Positions 15,484 to 30,149 of a stretch of DNA of 64,000 nt are shown in pieces; positions within the stretch are counted from its first letter, which is position 1, and every line of letters begins with the position of its first letter. Both the position numbers and the translations under genes were made by a program. The stretch lies in NCBI RefSeq assembly GCF_009914755.1, contig NC_060935.1; one strand, given 5' to 3'. A model generated the notes under the pieces. It was not told where the DNA came from and searched no databases. It worked only from the letters and a program-made list of their open reading frames with translations. Origin of the DNA: the human T2T-CHM13v2.0 reference genome, Homo sapiens.

Positions 15484-16043
15484 CCATGCAGGAGAAGAGG
15501 GAAGAGGTTGAGGCAGGTTTCAAAAATTCAGAAAGCCAGCAAAAACAGAGTGAGCAGGACAGAAACCTGAAAAAAGAGCCTGTGCTCTTCTTTTAACCTT
15601 ATTTGAGGAGGCAAAGATTTGCTGGCTGCTGCTAGAGGGAGAGAGCACTATTTCATAACTGGACTCCAGACTTAATTTACAGTAGAACTCAGCAGTTGAA
15701 AGCTGTTGAATTGGGCATCTGATGACCTGGATTTACAACTTGGCTCACCACTCTCTGGCTAAGTGACCTGGGGCAAGTTCCCTGACCTCTTTGCTTAAAT
15801 GTCCTCATCTTTAAAGTGGAAATAATTGTAATCCCACCATATAAAGTTATAATGAGTATTGAATGAGATAATGCTTGTATGTATAATGCCTGACACCTAT
15901 CAGCTCCCAAAATGTTAACTGTTGTTATTAATACAATCACTCCTAACCTGGAAGCAACAATAGGCTGAATGGGGTCTGTGGTCATTTGCATTTACTACCT
16001 AGGCACTAAAGTCATTCCGTATTAATCAATGGTCTTCTAATTT

Positions 16044-16900
16044 ATGCAACCAACAAACATATGAAAAAAAGCTCAACATCACTGATCACTAGAGAAATGC
16101 AAATCAAAACCACAATAATGAGATAACATCTCACACCAGTCAGATGGTGATTATTGAAAAAAAAACAAGAAACAACAGATGCTGGCGAGGCTGTGGAGAA
16201 ATAGAAAGACTTTTACACTGTTGGTGGAAATCTAAATTAGTTCAACCATTGTGGAAGACAGTGTGGTAATTCCTTAAAGATCTAGAACCAGAAATACCAT
16301 TGACCCAGCAATCCCATTACTGGGTATATACCCAAAGGAATATAAATTATTCTATCACAAAGATAAATGCACTTGTATGTTCATTGCAGCACTATATGCA
16401 ATGGCAAAGATATGGAATCAACCCAAATGCCCATCAGTGATAGACTGGATAAAGAAAATGTGGTACATATACACCATGGAATACTATATAACCATAAAAA
16501 GGAACAAGATCATGTCCTTTGCAGGGACGTGGATGGAGCTGGAACCATTATCCTCAGCAAACTAACATAAGAACAGAAAACCAAACACTGCATGTTCTCA
16601 CTTATAAGTGGGAACTGAACAATGTGAACACATAAACACAAGGAGGGGAGCAATACTGACACTGGGGCCTGTCAGGAGGGTCTGGCGGGGGGGCAGCATC
16701 AGGAAAAATAGCTAATGCATGCTGTGCTTAATACCTAGGTGATGGGTTGATAGCTGCAGCAAACCACCATGGCACACATTTACCTGTGTAACAAACCTGC
16801 ACATCCTGCACATGTACCCCAGAACTTAAAATAAGAGAATGAAAAAAATAAAATGAAATAAAGTTGTAAAAAATATGTGAATAAAAAAAGAGAAAAGAAA
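16044..16900 (+). mobile_element. 5'-truncated older L1PA 3' end
   Basis: ORF2 C-terminal remnant (MFIAAL...WNQPKCPS...DWIKKMWYIYTMEYY), 3'UTR and A-rich tail; flanking repeat gtcttctaattt (16032-16043, 16904-16915). Confidence 0.9.
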
Positions 16901-17779
16901 ATTGTCTTCTAATTTCCAGTTCTTATCCCAACTACTTCTGATCCTGCTCACAATTTACACCCACCTGTCTATCTTGCCACCTCCTCCATGCCAGGGTCTT
17001 TCTCCACACTTCTTCCCTTAAAACAGTTTGCAAGGTTCATTCCCTTCGAAGATACTATTGTATCCCTTTCCCTTGAAAGAATCCACCATCTCCAGGGAAT
17101 ACATTTCTGTATTGTTAGCAAGGACCTTCTAGAGACAGAATATTTCAAATGAGAGGCACCATGGGGTTTGCAAATTATGCTTTCTAGGCCCTTCCACTCA
17201 TACTCCAGACCTTTCCACTTTTACCCTGCGATGACTAGGAAGAAGGCTGGTCATGCTTACGCTGCCTGAGACTTGGTCTGCAGGGGGCCTGAGAGATGGA
17301 ACGGGACCATAATTAGGTAACCAATTGGACAAGTGCTTGGCAAGTATAACTAGGAGTGGAGGGATGGGCCTAGAAGTAGGAAAAGGGAGCTAATTTCTGA
17401 GTTCATCTCTGGGAACCTCAAGCCACAGCAGTTTTTTATTTTTGGAACGTCCCAATCTCAGTTGTCAATGTTATATTACCTGTGGAAACAGATAAGCAAG
17501 CAATAAATAGCCCTGTGGATTTTGTTGTAGAAGTCAGATTGCCTTTGGGGTTACATGGGGGCATTTCCAGAGAATTTCCCATGAACATTGCTCAGGCAAA
17601 TACTGACAACTGGGAAATGCTAAAGCTGGATAATGCAAGTAGAAAACAAGACAAAATCCTCCTGGTCTTACATGGTGTTGAAACAAATTCCATCAAGCAT
17701 TATTATAACGGGAACTTTCCCTGCTAAGTCTCAGTCCTCGCTCTTAAAGTCAAATAGCACTATCTAAATTTCCAAAGAG

Positions 17780-18420
17780 CTTTCATTCAACCATTTGTTC
17801 AGACATTTATTAAGGTGTTGGGTTGGCACTGGGGTATCTAGGGATCATTGAGACACTGTCCTTTCCCTGGAGGAGCTCACAGTCTAATGTGGGAGAGAGA
17901 TAAGTAAACAGGTCATTATTATTAAAACTATACACTAAAGGTCTGGTAACATTGAAGAAGGGGTGGCTGTGACAGGCCTAGGGAAATGGATTGAGGTTTT
18001 TAAGGAAAGTTTTTCAGGGAGGAGATTGTTGAACCAAACTTCAAATTGGGGTGTGTTAGTGAAGAGTAGGGGATGCTGTAAGAGGAGATGCCTTTAAGAG
18101 AGACCCAGAGCATTGTCGACAAACCATGCATAAATTATACATGGGGAAGATAAGGGTAGAGAGATTGGAGTGGAACATGTAGAGTTATGTAAGGCAAGCA
18201 AAGGACTGTGTACTTTTTTCTTTAGATCATAAATAGCCATTGAAGAGTTTTGTACAGAAAAGATTTATCTTGGGAAGCTTGCTCTGGCAACACTGTGGAA
18301 GATGAATTTTATGGAGGTAAAGCTGGAGTTAAGATCAGTTAGGAGGCTCTTGCAATAGTCAAAAATACCAAAAGCCTAAACTATGGCAATGTCAGTAGAC
18401 ATGAAAGAGCAGTGTCATTT
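17780..18420 (-). mobile_element. L2 remnant
   Basis: tttcattcaacc...atttattaag and ggagctcacagtctaatg are typical antisense L2 3' end motifs; boundaries approximate. Confidence 0.6.
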
Positions 18421-20052
18421 GAAAATATATAATAATAATATTAATAATAATCATGAGCGCAAACAATTTCATAGTACTCACTATAAGCTAGGCACTATTC
18501 TAATGTTCACAACAAACCTTTGAGGGAGGTGCTATTATAATCATTTTACAGGTAATGAAATTAAAACCAATGAGGTTAAGAAATTTGCCCAAGGTCATTT
18601 CCTTTTGAGGTGGATTATCCCAGGTGACCTAGGGCCAGGAGGTGGGAATATGATTGTACCTGCAGTTAAAGCTTCATTATCTTGGCATGAATTAACCATG
18701 TGAAGGCCCAATACAGTTCTTTGGATAAGATGATTAGTTAAGGTGTATAAGACAGGGTTCACTCAGGGAAACACAGCTACTGTAAGTAATACAGAAATTA
18801 GAGATTCATTATAGAAACTGGTTCCTATACAAATGTGGAAGGAGCTGGGGAAGTGAAGGTCTGGAGAGAGGGAGGCTCAGAGAAACAGTCTAGTGCAGAC
18901 TGTTTCTAAAGACCTGGTGCAAATGGCCACTTGGAGCTTGCAGGATAATCCTACAAGCAGGTCTGGCTGCTTAAGTGGGACCACAAAGTGGGAGCTTGCA
19001 GGGAGGTGTCTGTGGAAACTGCTGCTTCTGGGGTAGCTGTTGGCTCTGCATAGTTGCTGCCTCTGTGGGTCTGCTGGTGGACCTGGGGCAGTTGTTGGTC
19101 AGCAGGGCTAGCAGTCATGAAGATGAGCTAGACACAAAGTGGAGGCAAGCAAGAACAAGCTGGCACCCACTTAGCACTCCTGCATCTGTTCCTTTGTCAC
19201 CATGTCTAACTGTGATGACCTTCTGAAAACAATGTCTTCTGTTTCATCTCCGCCCTCCAAATTTCACACCAGTTCCTCTACTGGCAAACAATGACCCAGC
19301 CATACAGGGAAGAGTGTCCTGGGAAACATGGCTTCCAGCCTTAGCCAAGTTGACCAAACACACAGCGCGTCATGGACTGGGAGGGAAAGTAGAGCTTTGC
19401 TCTAGCAGAGGCCTCTTGAGGATACTGCAATGTGCAACATTGTAGCATTGCGGTAGTGACTAAAGGAAGCATTAAGGGGCGCTACGTAAGACGTGTGGAA
19501 GGATTAGCCTATGACAGGAGAATGGATTCTGAATTCTTAGAAGAAGGGGAGGTGGCAAGGATGCATGTGACCATTGACACTTTCATAGGTGGAAGGGAGG
19601 GAGGAAGTTATACAGCCTTTTGGAGGGGAGGAGAACTAAATTAATGGGGAATGGAGCAACCAGTAAGTAAAATGAATTCCTTTAAATTATCTGTGAGGCC
19701 AGAAAAGAGAATGGTGTGGCTGTAAGAGGGATCCTGTAACTCAAAAGCGTGTGACTACAGACTGAGTAATTGAATAAAGACTGAGAGTTTGGTTGCTAAG
19801 AGCAACATGGACAAGGAAAAGCACAGTTTTTACTGATCTGGAAAAAGAGCTTTTGCAACACAAGGTGTGATTCAGTGCAGGGAAGGAATTGAATTTTTAT
19901 CACTTCTGTGTCCAGCACAGTGCTCTATTTGTGTTTGATGAATGGAAGTGAAAAAGTGGCAACAAGGAACTCTGAGAAAGGGGTCCAGCGTGGAGAGCTT
20001 CTGATGGACAGCTCACTTGAATTTATAACAACAATTAGATCAATATTTAGAG

Positions 20053-20266
20053 CAAAGTGTCTCAACCTCAGCATGATTGACATTTTAGACTAGATAATTT
20101 TCAGTTGCGGGAAGCTGTTCTGAGCACTGCAGAATGTTTAGCGGCATCTCTAGTCTTTACCCATTAGAAGCTAGTAGCAGTCCCCTAGTTTTAACAACCA
20201 AAAATGTCTACAGACATTGCTAAATGTCCCCTGGAGAGCAAAATCACCCCTAGTCGAGAACTAGTG
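20053..20266. mobile_element. MER20 (hAT-Charlie) element
   Basis: tctcaacctcagcatgattgacattttagactagataatt...ccaaaaatgtctacagacattgctaaatgtcccctgg...gagaactagtg. Confidence 0.85.
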
Positions 20267-22331
20267 ATTTTGAGAGAGGTAGCCAACATATTACCATTTT
20301 GTTAAACTAAACTTCCATGGTTCTAGGAGGGACTTGGGGTAAAGATTAAAGGGGTTTTTCTGAAAATAGGAAACAACCTAAATAATCAAGGGAATATTGA
20401 TCAAATCAATCATGGTACATTTAAATAATAAAATATTATGTAGCCATTAAAAATTATTCTATAAAACTATATTAACATGAAAATATGCTCCAGAATAATT
20501 GAAAAAAAAGCATGTATGTGTATCTATGTGTATATATTTGGACTTGGCAAAAAAGCATGAGAGGATGTACACCAAAATGTTCGCAGTAAAAATCTTGGAG
20601 GTGAGGGGAGTGTGGGAAGAATGACAGACTTTTAGCCATCTTTCGTTTCTGTATTTTCTACAAGCATACATGATTTTTTTAAAAGGTGGATATGCGGGGA
20701 GAGGGATTTGCTACTTCTAGGTCAAAAGGATGGGGTTGGTTTATTTATGTTTGTCTGTTTTTGGTCCTGAAGTTATACGCCAAAGAGGTGCCATAATTTG
20801 ACCTTTGCTGCAGCTCCTTGAGAAACTTAGTGTGTGGGTTTTTCTGGCAAAATTGAATAAAGCTTGTTTAAAGGCTGGAGAATGGGCAAATTGGGCTGTG
20901 CTTGTAAACAACTTCTTCTATCAAGGAGGAGTTGGGATAAGGAACACATCCAGAAGAAGAAGCTGGGAGAAAAGGTACTCGGGACATGGCTTGGAAGACC
21001 CCTTCCCACTGATGACCCAATAAAGAGAAATATAGCCTCAGGCTTCTCTTTTGGAACATTCACTCTTGGCGTAAATTTGCTGGAAGCCTCTTCTGAGTAA
21101 CAGCATCTTATTGGGCTGCATGCATATCTTAAATTACCCACTGGCTCCAGCAAACAGCTCTTTCCCTTCCCCACGGGCCATAACTCTGAAGTGGCAAAGC
21201 CTCAGGCTTCAGTGAGTCAGCCCCAGTAGGGCCAGAGAAGAACAAAATGAGGGGAGGGAAGCTGCTCTGGGGGATACTGGGCACCCAAAGCCAGTCAGAC
21301 TATGGGCAGCTAGGGAGCATGTACCTCTTTTGCAGGACCTTTTGTTTGAGGGGCTCAGGGTGGGGGCCAGAGGGAAGGTAAAGGAAATGAAGAACCCTCT
21401 CAAAAGCAACAGAAGTGATTTCTTCTTGTGTATTTATAAAGACAAGTTTTTTAAAAGTGAGATTTGTTTGACAGTGAGTCATCTCCAACATTTGATGGAT
21501 ATGATTCAGATGACCTTCCCTGACAGCATATTCTGAAAATACGGGCTAAAGTTTCCTGATTATTCAGAAACCCTCAAAGAGTTCTAAAAGGCAGCATCAT
21601 CAACTTGATTTTTTAATCATCCATATTTTTGGTCTTGTTGTTAATAGGTTCAAAGCAAATAATAACAACCCCTGGCTCTTCTGGGAGCAATGGATGCTTA
21701 CCTAGGACCAGCAATAATTAAGTTGCCATCAGGCACAAAGCCTAGAACCAAAGTGAAGTTCAAGAACCCCGAGTTCTAAAACCCATCTTTCAATAATGAA
21801 CAGGAGACCTGACCTTGAGCAAGGCACCTTACCAAACTGGGTTTTTGTTTGCTTAGATTCGGCATGAGGATAGAATTATGCTAGACAGTGTTAAAGTCCC
21901 AACCAGCCTTCCTTGACAGCCCAGTACTCAACAAGGCTAAGTATCTATCCTCTGTGCAACCTTAACATTTTGTGTTTATCTCTTTAATGACACTTATCAC
22001 CAAATCTCATCATGGCCTCACTGGTCTATAAGCCCTTCAAATACTATAGGCAGAATCACTGCCTTATTCAGCACTGTATTCCTAGAACCTGGAACATTGT
22101 CTGCATATAGCAAGTAGTCAATAGACATTTGTTGAAAGAAAGCATGAGTTATCTTAGAGTATTACCATTCCAGTTTTCAGTCTCATTTCTCCACTATTAT
22201 TTCCTCTGCTTTCTCCTTTTGTCTAGAATAAAAATTCCTACCTGAGCTTTGAGTAACCTTCAAGCCATTTTGGGGAACCAGCTACTTAGACACCTTTTGG
22301 TCTCTGAATGAGACCAAAATGAGTCTATTGT

Positions 22332-22790
22332 TGTGGCTATGAGAATGTGCCTCTCAAATGTCCAACTATGAGAGTATAATCAACTGAGGGCCTAAACTGC
22401 TGAGCTCTGAAGTTCATTGCCATGTTTGCTCCAAGGCACTCCTTCCAGTGACTACTTCCAGTCAGTGACTGAGTCTACCAGGGGTACTAGGGCAGACCTG
22501 TTCCTAGGAGACATGGATCATCTGATGAGAAACCTTGGCTTGAGGATTCTCTAATGGCCTTGCTGAACTCTCCTTGGAACTTAGAACTAGTCTAAGATGC
22601 ATCCAACCTCCCTTCCTTCCTTCCTTCCTTCTTCCCACCCTCCTCTTTCCTTCACTTGGGGTCAGATTTACAGCCAATGTAATCCACTGGCTCCCTTTTA
22701 ACATCTATTTCATAGGCATTTCCCTGAACATATTTTATCTACTTTTATCTTCTCTTCACATCTGCTTTTTGGAGGACCTGGGCTGACACA
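22332..22790 (+). mobile_element. LTR16-like ERVL solo LTR
   Basis: tgtggctatgagaatgtgcctctcaa start; tgctttttggaggacctgggctgacaca end. Confidence 0.55.
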
Positions 22791-23040
22791 ACCACTTTCT
22801 ATGAGAATATCCTCTACACCCACTGAATGGGCCTCAAGTGTCTTGTTTGTCTTTCACTCTACTCTTAACAATTTGGACTAGGGTAGATTCATCACATTTT
22901 ATCTCCAAGGAATTTGAAACTAGGAGTCATAGGTAATAAGTTAGTCTATGTGCATGGCTCTAACTGAGGAAAACAAATGGTAGCCATACGCAGCCATCTT
23001 CTGACCATGATGTATTTGGAGATGCAGAGAAAGCCAGTCT

Positions 23041-23238
<198 letters not shown>

Positions 23239-24105
23239 CATAAACTGCAGAGACCTAAAGATAGTACTCCCTGAGCACCTGATAACATTACTGTCCTTTG
23301 TTCTAGGTACCCAGATGTCTGGCTGTCCTTAGCTTCTGCAAGATACTTTAGAACCTATCCAATACATTCTATTTTGGGCTTAAGCTATTTTAAATTGAAT
23401 TCTGTTGCTTGCAATCAGAAGGATCTAGACTGAGAGTCAGCTCTCAGACCTAATGAAGCTTTAGCCACAAAATAAGCCAAATGTTAACATATAACGACAA
23501 AAGATAGCTAGTAACTCTCTCCTTAAGAAGAAGCCATGTGTCCTGTCATGATAGTGATCATATAAGTTACCATATATAAATCATATAAAATTATATATGA
23601 TCTAGCTTATAGATCATATATAAATTATCTAAATTGCAACATTTTTGAGAGTAAAGAGTGGTGCTATTCATAATTGTGCTAAAACTACCAGCTTGATCCA
23701 AGACTGTGCTGGATAACCCAGGGCCATTTAGAGTAACACTACCTCCATAAGAAGAGTCAGTTGGCAAAGGAATTAAGGAGGCTGGACACAGTTGTAGTGA
23801 AACCCCTTATAGTATCTTATTGAAATTCCAGTTTTCTCTCAAAATAAAAAAAAAGAAGTGTTTTTTGTGTCTTCAATGTGCAGAAGAGAAAACTGAGGTC
23901 TAGAAAGCAATGACAAGCCCGAGACCACGCCTCTGATAAGTAGAAGAGCTGGGCTCAAATCCAAGTCTCTGGTCTCCTACTCTAGTGCTCTTTCCTGCAT
24001 GAAATAGCCCTCAGAAGTATGGATTCTCTTTCAGTGTGATCTCAGGGCTCTTCTGCCTGTCTGAAACACCAGGGCCACTCAGAGCAAATATTCTTAATGA
24101 GAATA

Positions 24106-24411
24106 CAGCAGTACCCCCTTATCCATGGGGGATTCTTCCAAGACTTCCAGTGAATGCCAGAAACCACGATACTACCAAACCGTATATACTGTGTTTTCTT
24201 CCTATACATCCTACCTATGATAAAGTTTAATTTGTAAATTAGGGACACTAAAAGCTTAACAATAATTACTATTAACATACCATAATAAAAGTTACATGAA
24301 TGTGGTCTCTTTTTTTTCAAATATTTTATTGCATGTAATATTTTTGGAATGTGGTTGACCACAAGTAACTGAAACCATGTAAAGCAAAACCATAGATAAC
24401 GGGGACTAGTG
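24106..24411 (-). mobile_element. MER44-like Tigger non-autonomous element
   Basis: TIRs cagcagtacccccttatc / gataacggggactagtg with TA on both sides (24104-24105, 24412-24413). Confidence 0.8.
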
Positions 24412-26850
24412 TATATTCTGAAAACATTTGTTGGGAGTGTCCTTGTGTCACATAGATTTTATTTTTCCAGAGTTGTTTGCAGCTGTATCTTCCATTCCAC
24501 ATACTATTCTAAAATGCATTCTTTTCACTCTTCCGTTAAGAGGTAGAGTATACTTCCACTGAAAAAACAAAGTAAAAATCCAAGGATACTTGGCACGCCA
24601 TCCTTAACTTGGCCCCCTTCTTACCTGCCTCATCCCCTAAGCTTTCTGCTGTAATGTGGCAAAACCTCATAGCTTCTGTGCCTCACTGACAGGTGGCCTG
24701 TTTTACTGCCCCATGCTATGCTCATGCTGTGGTCTCCCCCTCAATCCCATTCTTACCTATTCAATCTTACTCATCCTTGGTGTTGTTTGAAACTCGATGT
24801 TCTCCTCTTGATGAGGTCTCCCTAAATGCTTTACATTTGTCTATCTAAGCAGGTAACACATTTTATAGAAGTTTTGTGTTATTGTATCTAACTTCCCAAG
24901 GAGGATTTACGCCTCTGGGTATTAGGACAGCCTTATCTATCTATCATCTGGTTATTCATTCATTTATTTATCATCTTATTTCTTTTGGAATTCTCAGCAT
25001 TAGGCCAGACACTGATCAAGAAATGTTTGATAGAGTAAAACCAAGGAGAGTCAATGAAAATAAATGGAAGGCTTTCAATCAATTTCTTCCCTTTTAACCA
25101 GCCCCTCTTGCCAACAACTACTCATCTACCAACAGTAATCAAAATGTCAACAACAACAACAAAACCAAACCTGCCTTCTAAATGTTATAAATGCATAATG
25201 CACACAATCTTCACGGCCTTATGGGGTGGATATTATCATCTTGATTTTACAGATGAGGAAACTGAGCCAAAGCAAGATGAAATAATTTATTCAAGCACCC
25301 ATGGTTTGTAAGGGGCAGAGTTAGGATCTGAACCTACACATTCTGGTTCTGAAAGCTGGGCTCTGACCTCCCATTCAGCACTGCCTCCCTGAAACTCATC
25401 ACCATGCCTTGAAATCCCTGGGAGGGCTCGGGGTTAACCTCTCCTGGCTCTGCTCCACCGTGCTCTGTCTGGGGCAAGTTGCTAGTAACTGCTGCATTCC
25501 CATAGGGAGACAAGGTTAAAGAAAGAGGAAGAAAGGCAGATAAATAATTTACCACCTGAGCACTGAGAGGAGATTTCTTGGATTAAGAGTCAGGAAACTC
25601 AAGACATGATTTAGACAATAAGGTAATAAATGATACAATTATTATCCAATTGGCTATAGGCTCATTCCGGTTCAGGAGTCTTTGGTTCACCTGATGTGGC
25701 TCCTGCTTCTGTCCTTCCAACACAATCTCTCTGTAAACAGAGGCAGATTTCCTCCCCTGCCCCCCACCTCTATCAAAATAAGTTTGCTTGTAAAGCCTGA
25801 ACTCTATTTTTTATTAAAGGAGTGAACCTCTCAAGTTATTAAAGGCATATGTTGATATGTCTTTGTGGGATTGGGAAGGGAGTGGGGAAAAGAGAGCAAT
25901 GAAGAGATGCTAGGCAGGGCACTCACCTCAGTGAGATTCCTGGGGAAATGTAGTTAAGCCAGCAACAGGTTTGTTGAGGACATCAGATAACTGGTCACTC
26001 AAATTCCAAAACAAAACAGAAACCTCATTTTTCTCACTCTCTGGAATAGGACTTATGATTTTCTCTTTGCATGGTCTGTTGGGGACATGGTATTGAGTGG
26101 GGAGTGGGAGTGTGGGCTCTGGGTCCAGATGGTCTGGCTGTACTGCTGTACTGTACAGAATTCTGGCTGTACTGCTCCCTGGCCGTGGGAGCTAGGATAG
26201 GTTTCTTAATCTCCCTGTACTTCAGTTTCCTCATCTTTAAGGCGGGGGTAATAATAGCACCTCCTTCAGGTTATTGTGATGAAAATGTTTGTAAAACACT
26301 TAGAACAGTGCCTGGCATATTGGGAGTACTTGGTAAATACTAACTGCAAAATATGAGTCTCAGCAAAATGTATGAGATCCAGAGCTCATCCCATCTCTGA
26401 TGAGGACTGCAGTGCCAAGATTCTGTAGGTTATTTTTTCCTGCTATCAGAGGTTACATGGCAGAGAGAAGGGTCTCACTTGATGGGTTAGAAGTCAGGGT
26501 GAAAGCACTGTTAAACCTAAAGAGTCCTCATTTTCATCATTTGGAAATATATCTAGTCATTCCATCCATATATGTAATAGTTCATTTACTGAACACAGGT
26601 AGTTATTTACATTCTTCCTCACAGATCCTGTGCTGCTTAGCAGCTAAGTGTAGAGAAATGAGTAAGAAAGGTCCATGTTGAAATCATTACATTTTAGGGA
26701 AGAAAACAGACATGTAGAATTAACATGAATATAATGAGTTCCCAAGAATATCTGGGTTCAAACCCTGGCTCCAACTATTGAGGAGTTGAGTAACCTTAGG
26801 TTTATAACTTCTCTATATCTCAGATTTTTTTCTTTAAAATACAAATAATA

Positions 26851-27153
26851 CCCAGATACAGTGGTTTACACCTATAATCCTAGCACTTTAGGAGGCTGAG
26901 GTGGGCACATTGCTTAAGCCCAGGAGTTCAATACCAGCCTAGGCAATATGACAAAACCCTATCTCCACAAAAATTACAAAAAAAAAAAAATTACTCAGGC
27001 ATGGTGACACATGCCTGTAGTCCCAGCTACTCAAGAGGCTGAGGTAGCAGGATTGTTTGAGCCTGGGAGGCAGAGGTTGCAGTGAGTCAAGATCGCATCA
27101 CCGCATTCCAGCCTCGGCAACAGAGTGAGACCCTGTCTCAAAAAAAAAAAAAA
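26851..27153 (+). mobile_element. AluJ-type element inside a MIR
   Basis: Dimeric Alu with gcttaagcccaggagttc and A tail; caaataata repeated on both flanks. Confidence 0.9.
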
Positions 27154-30149
27154 ACTGCAAATAATAACAACAACAACATCTACTTCATAAGGTTTTGATA
27201 AAGCATAAATGAGAAAATTCACATAAGATGCTTAATACAGAGCTTGATGCATAATATACACTCAATTATAGCTTAAAAGTGCTATGATAGATAAAAGAAA
27301 AGTGATATAAAGTGATAGAAAACATGACAGCTTTAAAAGAAACAGTGGTATGAATAAAGAGCTATGCGAGCAAAAGGGGTGGGAAGGCATCCCACTATGA
27401 GGTGGGGGAAATGAATCTGAGTAGCAAAGGCTGCAGAGAGGAAGGGATATTGGAACTGGTTTTAAAAATGATTAAGAGTCAACCAGGAGAGAAAGGAAGG
27501 GCGTTCCAAGGAGAGAAAACAGCAGAAGCAAAGGCACAGAGGAAAGAAAGGAGATGGCATGTTCAAATAAGGGAAATTCATTGAGGCAGCAAGGGAGAGA
27601 GGGAAGGGTACATCAGGCCAGGCCATAAGGGAAGCATTTCTTGACAAAATACGAGTTTAGACTTTGTCCTGCAGGACAACTTTTCCCAAGACCTGTTCTG
27701 TAAAGCATTCACCGTGGAAGATGTAAGGCGCCGCTTCATGAACAAAACCAGCACACCAGTAAATTTGGGAAGTGCTGGGTTGAGCTAAGGTGAGCTCTTT
27801 ACTCGCAGACTCTTGCACACCTTTAACAGACTAAGGGGTCTCTCCCCATGAGAAGGAGAAGAGTATAGAACATTTTTTGGAAAAGTTTGTCCCACAACCT
27901 CGATGGTGAGTTCTGATAAATCCTGTCAAGCAAATGCTACTACAGGTAAGAGAGTAGAGGTTGCATGTTCAGAGCACCATTTAAGAGATTAATTAAACAA
28001 TGTGAAGAATGGAGGTTTGAAGGATGGATTGCGGGTGTCAAGACTGAAGGTAGGAGACCAGAATAGCAGAATAGAGGCCAGTGCAGTGGTGCTTTTGACA
28101 GATGCTGAATGTCCAGGGCACTGCCAGTAGGAAGAGGGGAGGTGGCTTAGAGCAGCAGATAATAGCAGGGACTCTGCAGCCACACCTTCTGGGTTTGAAC
28201 CCAAACCCTAGCTTTGCTCCCTACTAGTTAACGACCGTGGACAAATGGCTTCACCTCTCCATGCCTCAGTCTCCTCCTCTGTACAATGAGAGTAATGTGC
28301 TCATGGGAGACATTATTTATAAAGCGCTTAGAATAGTGCCTGGTACATATTAACACTGCAAGAGCATTTGGTTAATTAAATGGAGAGGATAGGGTAGAAT
28401 TCCCAGAGGGATTTTGTTGGAGCAAGTAAGAAAGGAGACCATGTACTGTACAAAGCATGTCTCTGCTCTCTTGTGTCATGCTGGTTTCTTTGATCTTTTG
28501 TATGATTCCCTTTCCCCGTATTCCTTCCTTGTTTTGTTGACAGACCAAAGCCGTCATATTGCTTGACAAAGAAGCAAACTGGGGCTTTATATGAGCATTT
28601 AACTTGTAGGAATGCAAATAAAACAAAATAAGATAATTTAAAAATAATAAGTACGTGTTATATTAAAATTATACATTAATATAAAATATGTATCATAAAA
28701 TGGCATACATATAAAAATGTAAGTAGTGTGAGCCATTAATTGTGCCCACCATTGCACTCAGGGAGCTATAATGTTGATGTTGGGGGAGGATGGGGATGGC
28801 GGTCTCCATTCCTGTATGCTGCTGAGAGAGACAGCAACTTGACAAGCTGCAAAGTTTAAAGGTAAATATTTTTCTTATGACATGTTGGTCTGGTGCTCGA
28901 TTGGAGAAATAGAGATCTGGTTCTGGGAGACATTCTGGCTGTGTTAGTGGAGGCAACCTTATAAAGATTTTCAAAGGTGATTCTGATTGTGTTATTTTTG
29001 TGTAATACACTTAAGAACATCACTGCCATATAAGCTGCAACTCTCTTAGAAGGTAGGACTGAGATTATGACCTGGGTCTTCCTGACTCTAAAGTCCTTGC
29101 TTTTTCTGCCACGTAGACCCTTGTAGACAAGTGCTTGTGATTCATCGGCCCATTACTTCAACACCTCTTTATTCGATGTCTGTAATATGCCAGAAACATT
29201 GCAAGATGCTGTGGATAAAGTGGAGAACAAGTCAGGCACAGTTTCTGTTATCATGGGGCTTCCAGCCTCTGGAGAAGGTGTGGTACAGAGATGAACTGAT
29301 GCAGGGCAGGATGGGGAGACAGACTTGCCCACTCATGTGGAACTTACAGCATTCTCTAATCCACTCAGTAAACCGGGACCTAAGTTAGGATCCTAGGTGT
29401 CATAGTCAAGTCAAATAAAAACCAGGGCTAACTTTTGGAATGTGGCAGCTCAGCACAGTTTAGCCCAGTTTTCCTCTACCCTGGTTGCCCATTAGTGTCA
29501 TCTAGGAGTGTATATGCTCGTTCCTGATAAACGTAATTTAAAAATCTCTGTTTAAGCTAAAGACTAAGAGACTTAGAGATGAACCAAAGACTGGGAAGAT
29601 GCTCTACCTCCTCACACATCTGCCCATAAACTAGAACAACAACAACAACAAAAAGCCCTATATTTTAGAGCTGGAGCTGTGTATGGAATGGGACTTTGGC
29701 ATACTGGCAATGGAAGTGGACTGTCAGGGGTGGAATTCTAGCTCAGCTACTTGCCAGTTATGTGGCCTTGGATGAGTCATTTAACCCCCTAAGGCCTCGG
29801 TTTTCCGTTAAGAGGATTAAATAAGTGAATAGATTTAAACCTCTTAAAAGAGAAAATAATATATAACAAGCACTTAATACATGTTAGCTCTTATTGTTTT
29901 TCTCATTATGAGAAAATTCCTCAGATCAACACAAAGCTTTGAGGAGTGGTCCTTAAACTCTTCTTTCTCTGGGCTCATGGTGTGTTCATTCTTCTGGGTT
30001 TCAGGTCTTCTCCTATTGTTTGGGTCTCCTGTTGTTCTTGGTTTCTAAATTATCACATTCTGTATACCAATGTCTCTTTTAATTCACGCTTTACTTGTTA
30101 TTTGGCTTTGGGTATTAATGTAAATGTAAAATGGCTTCAAATTCTTTTC

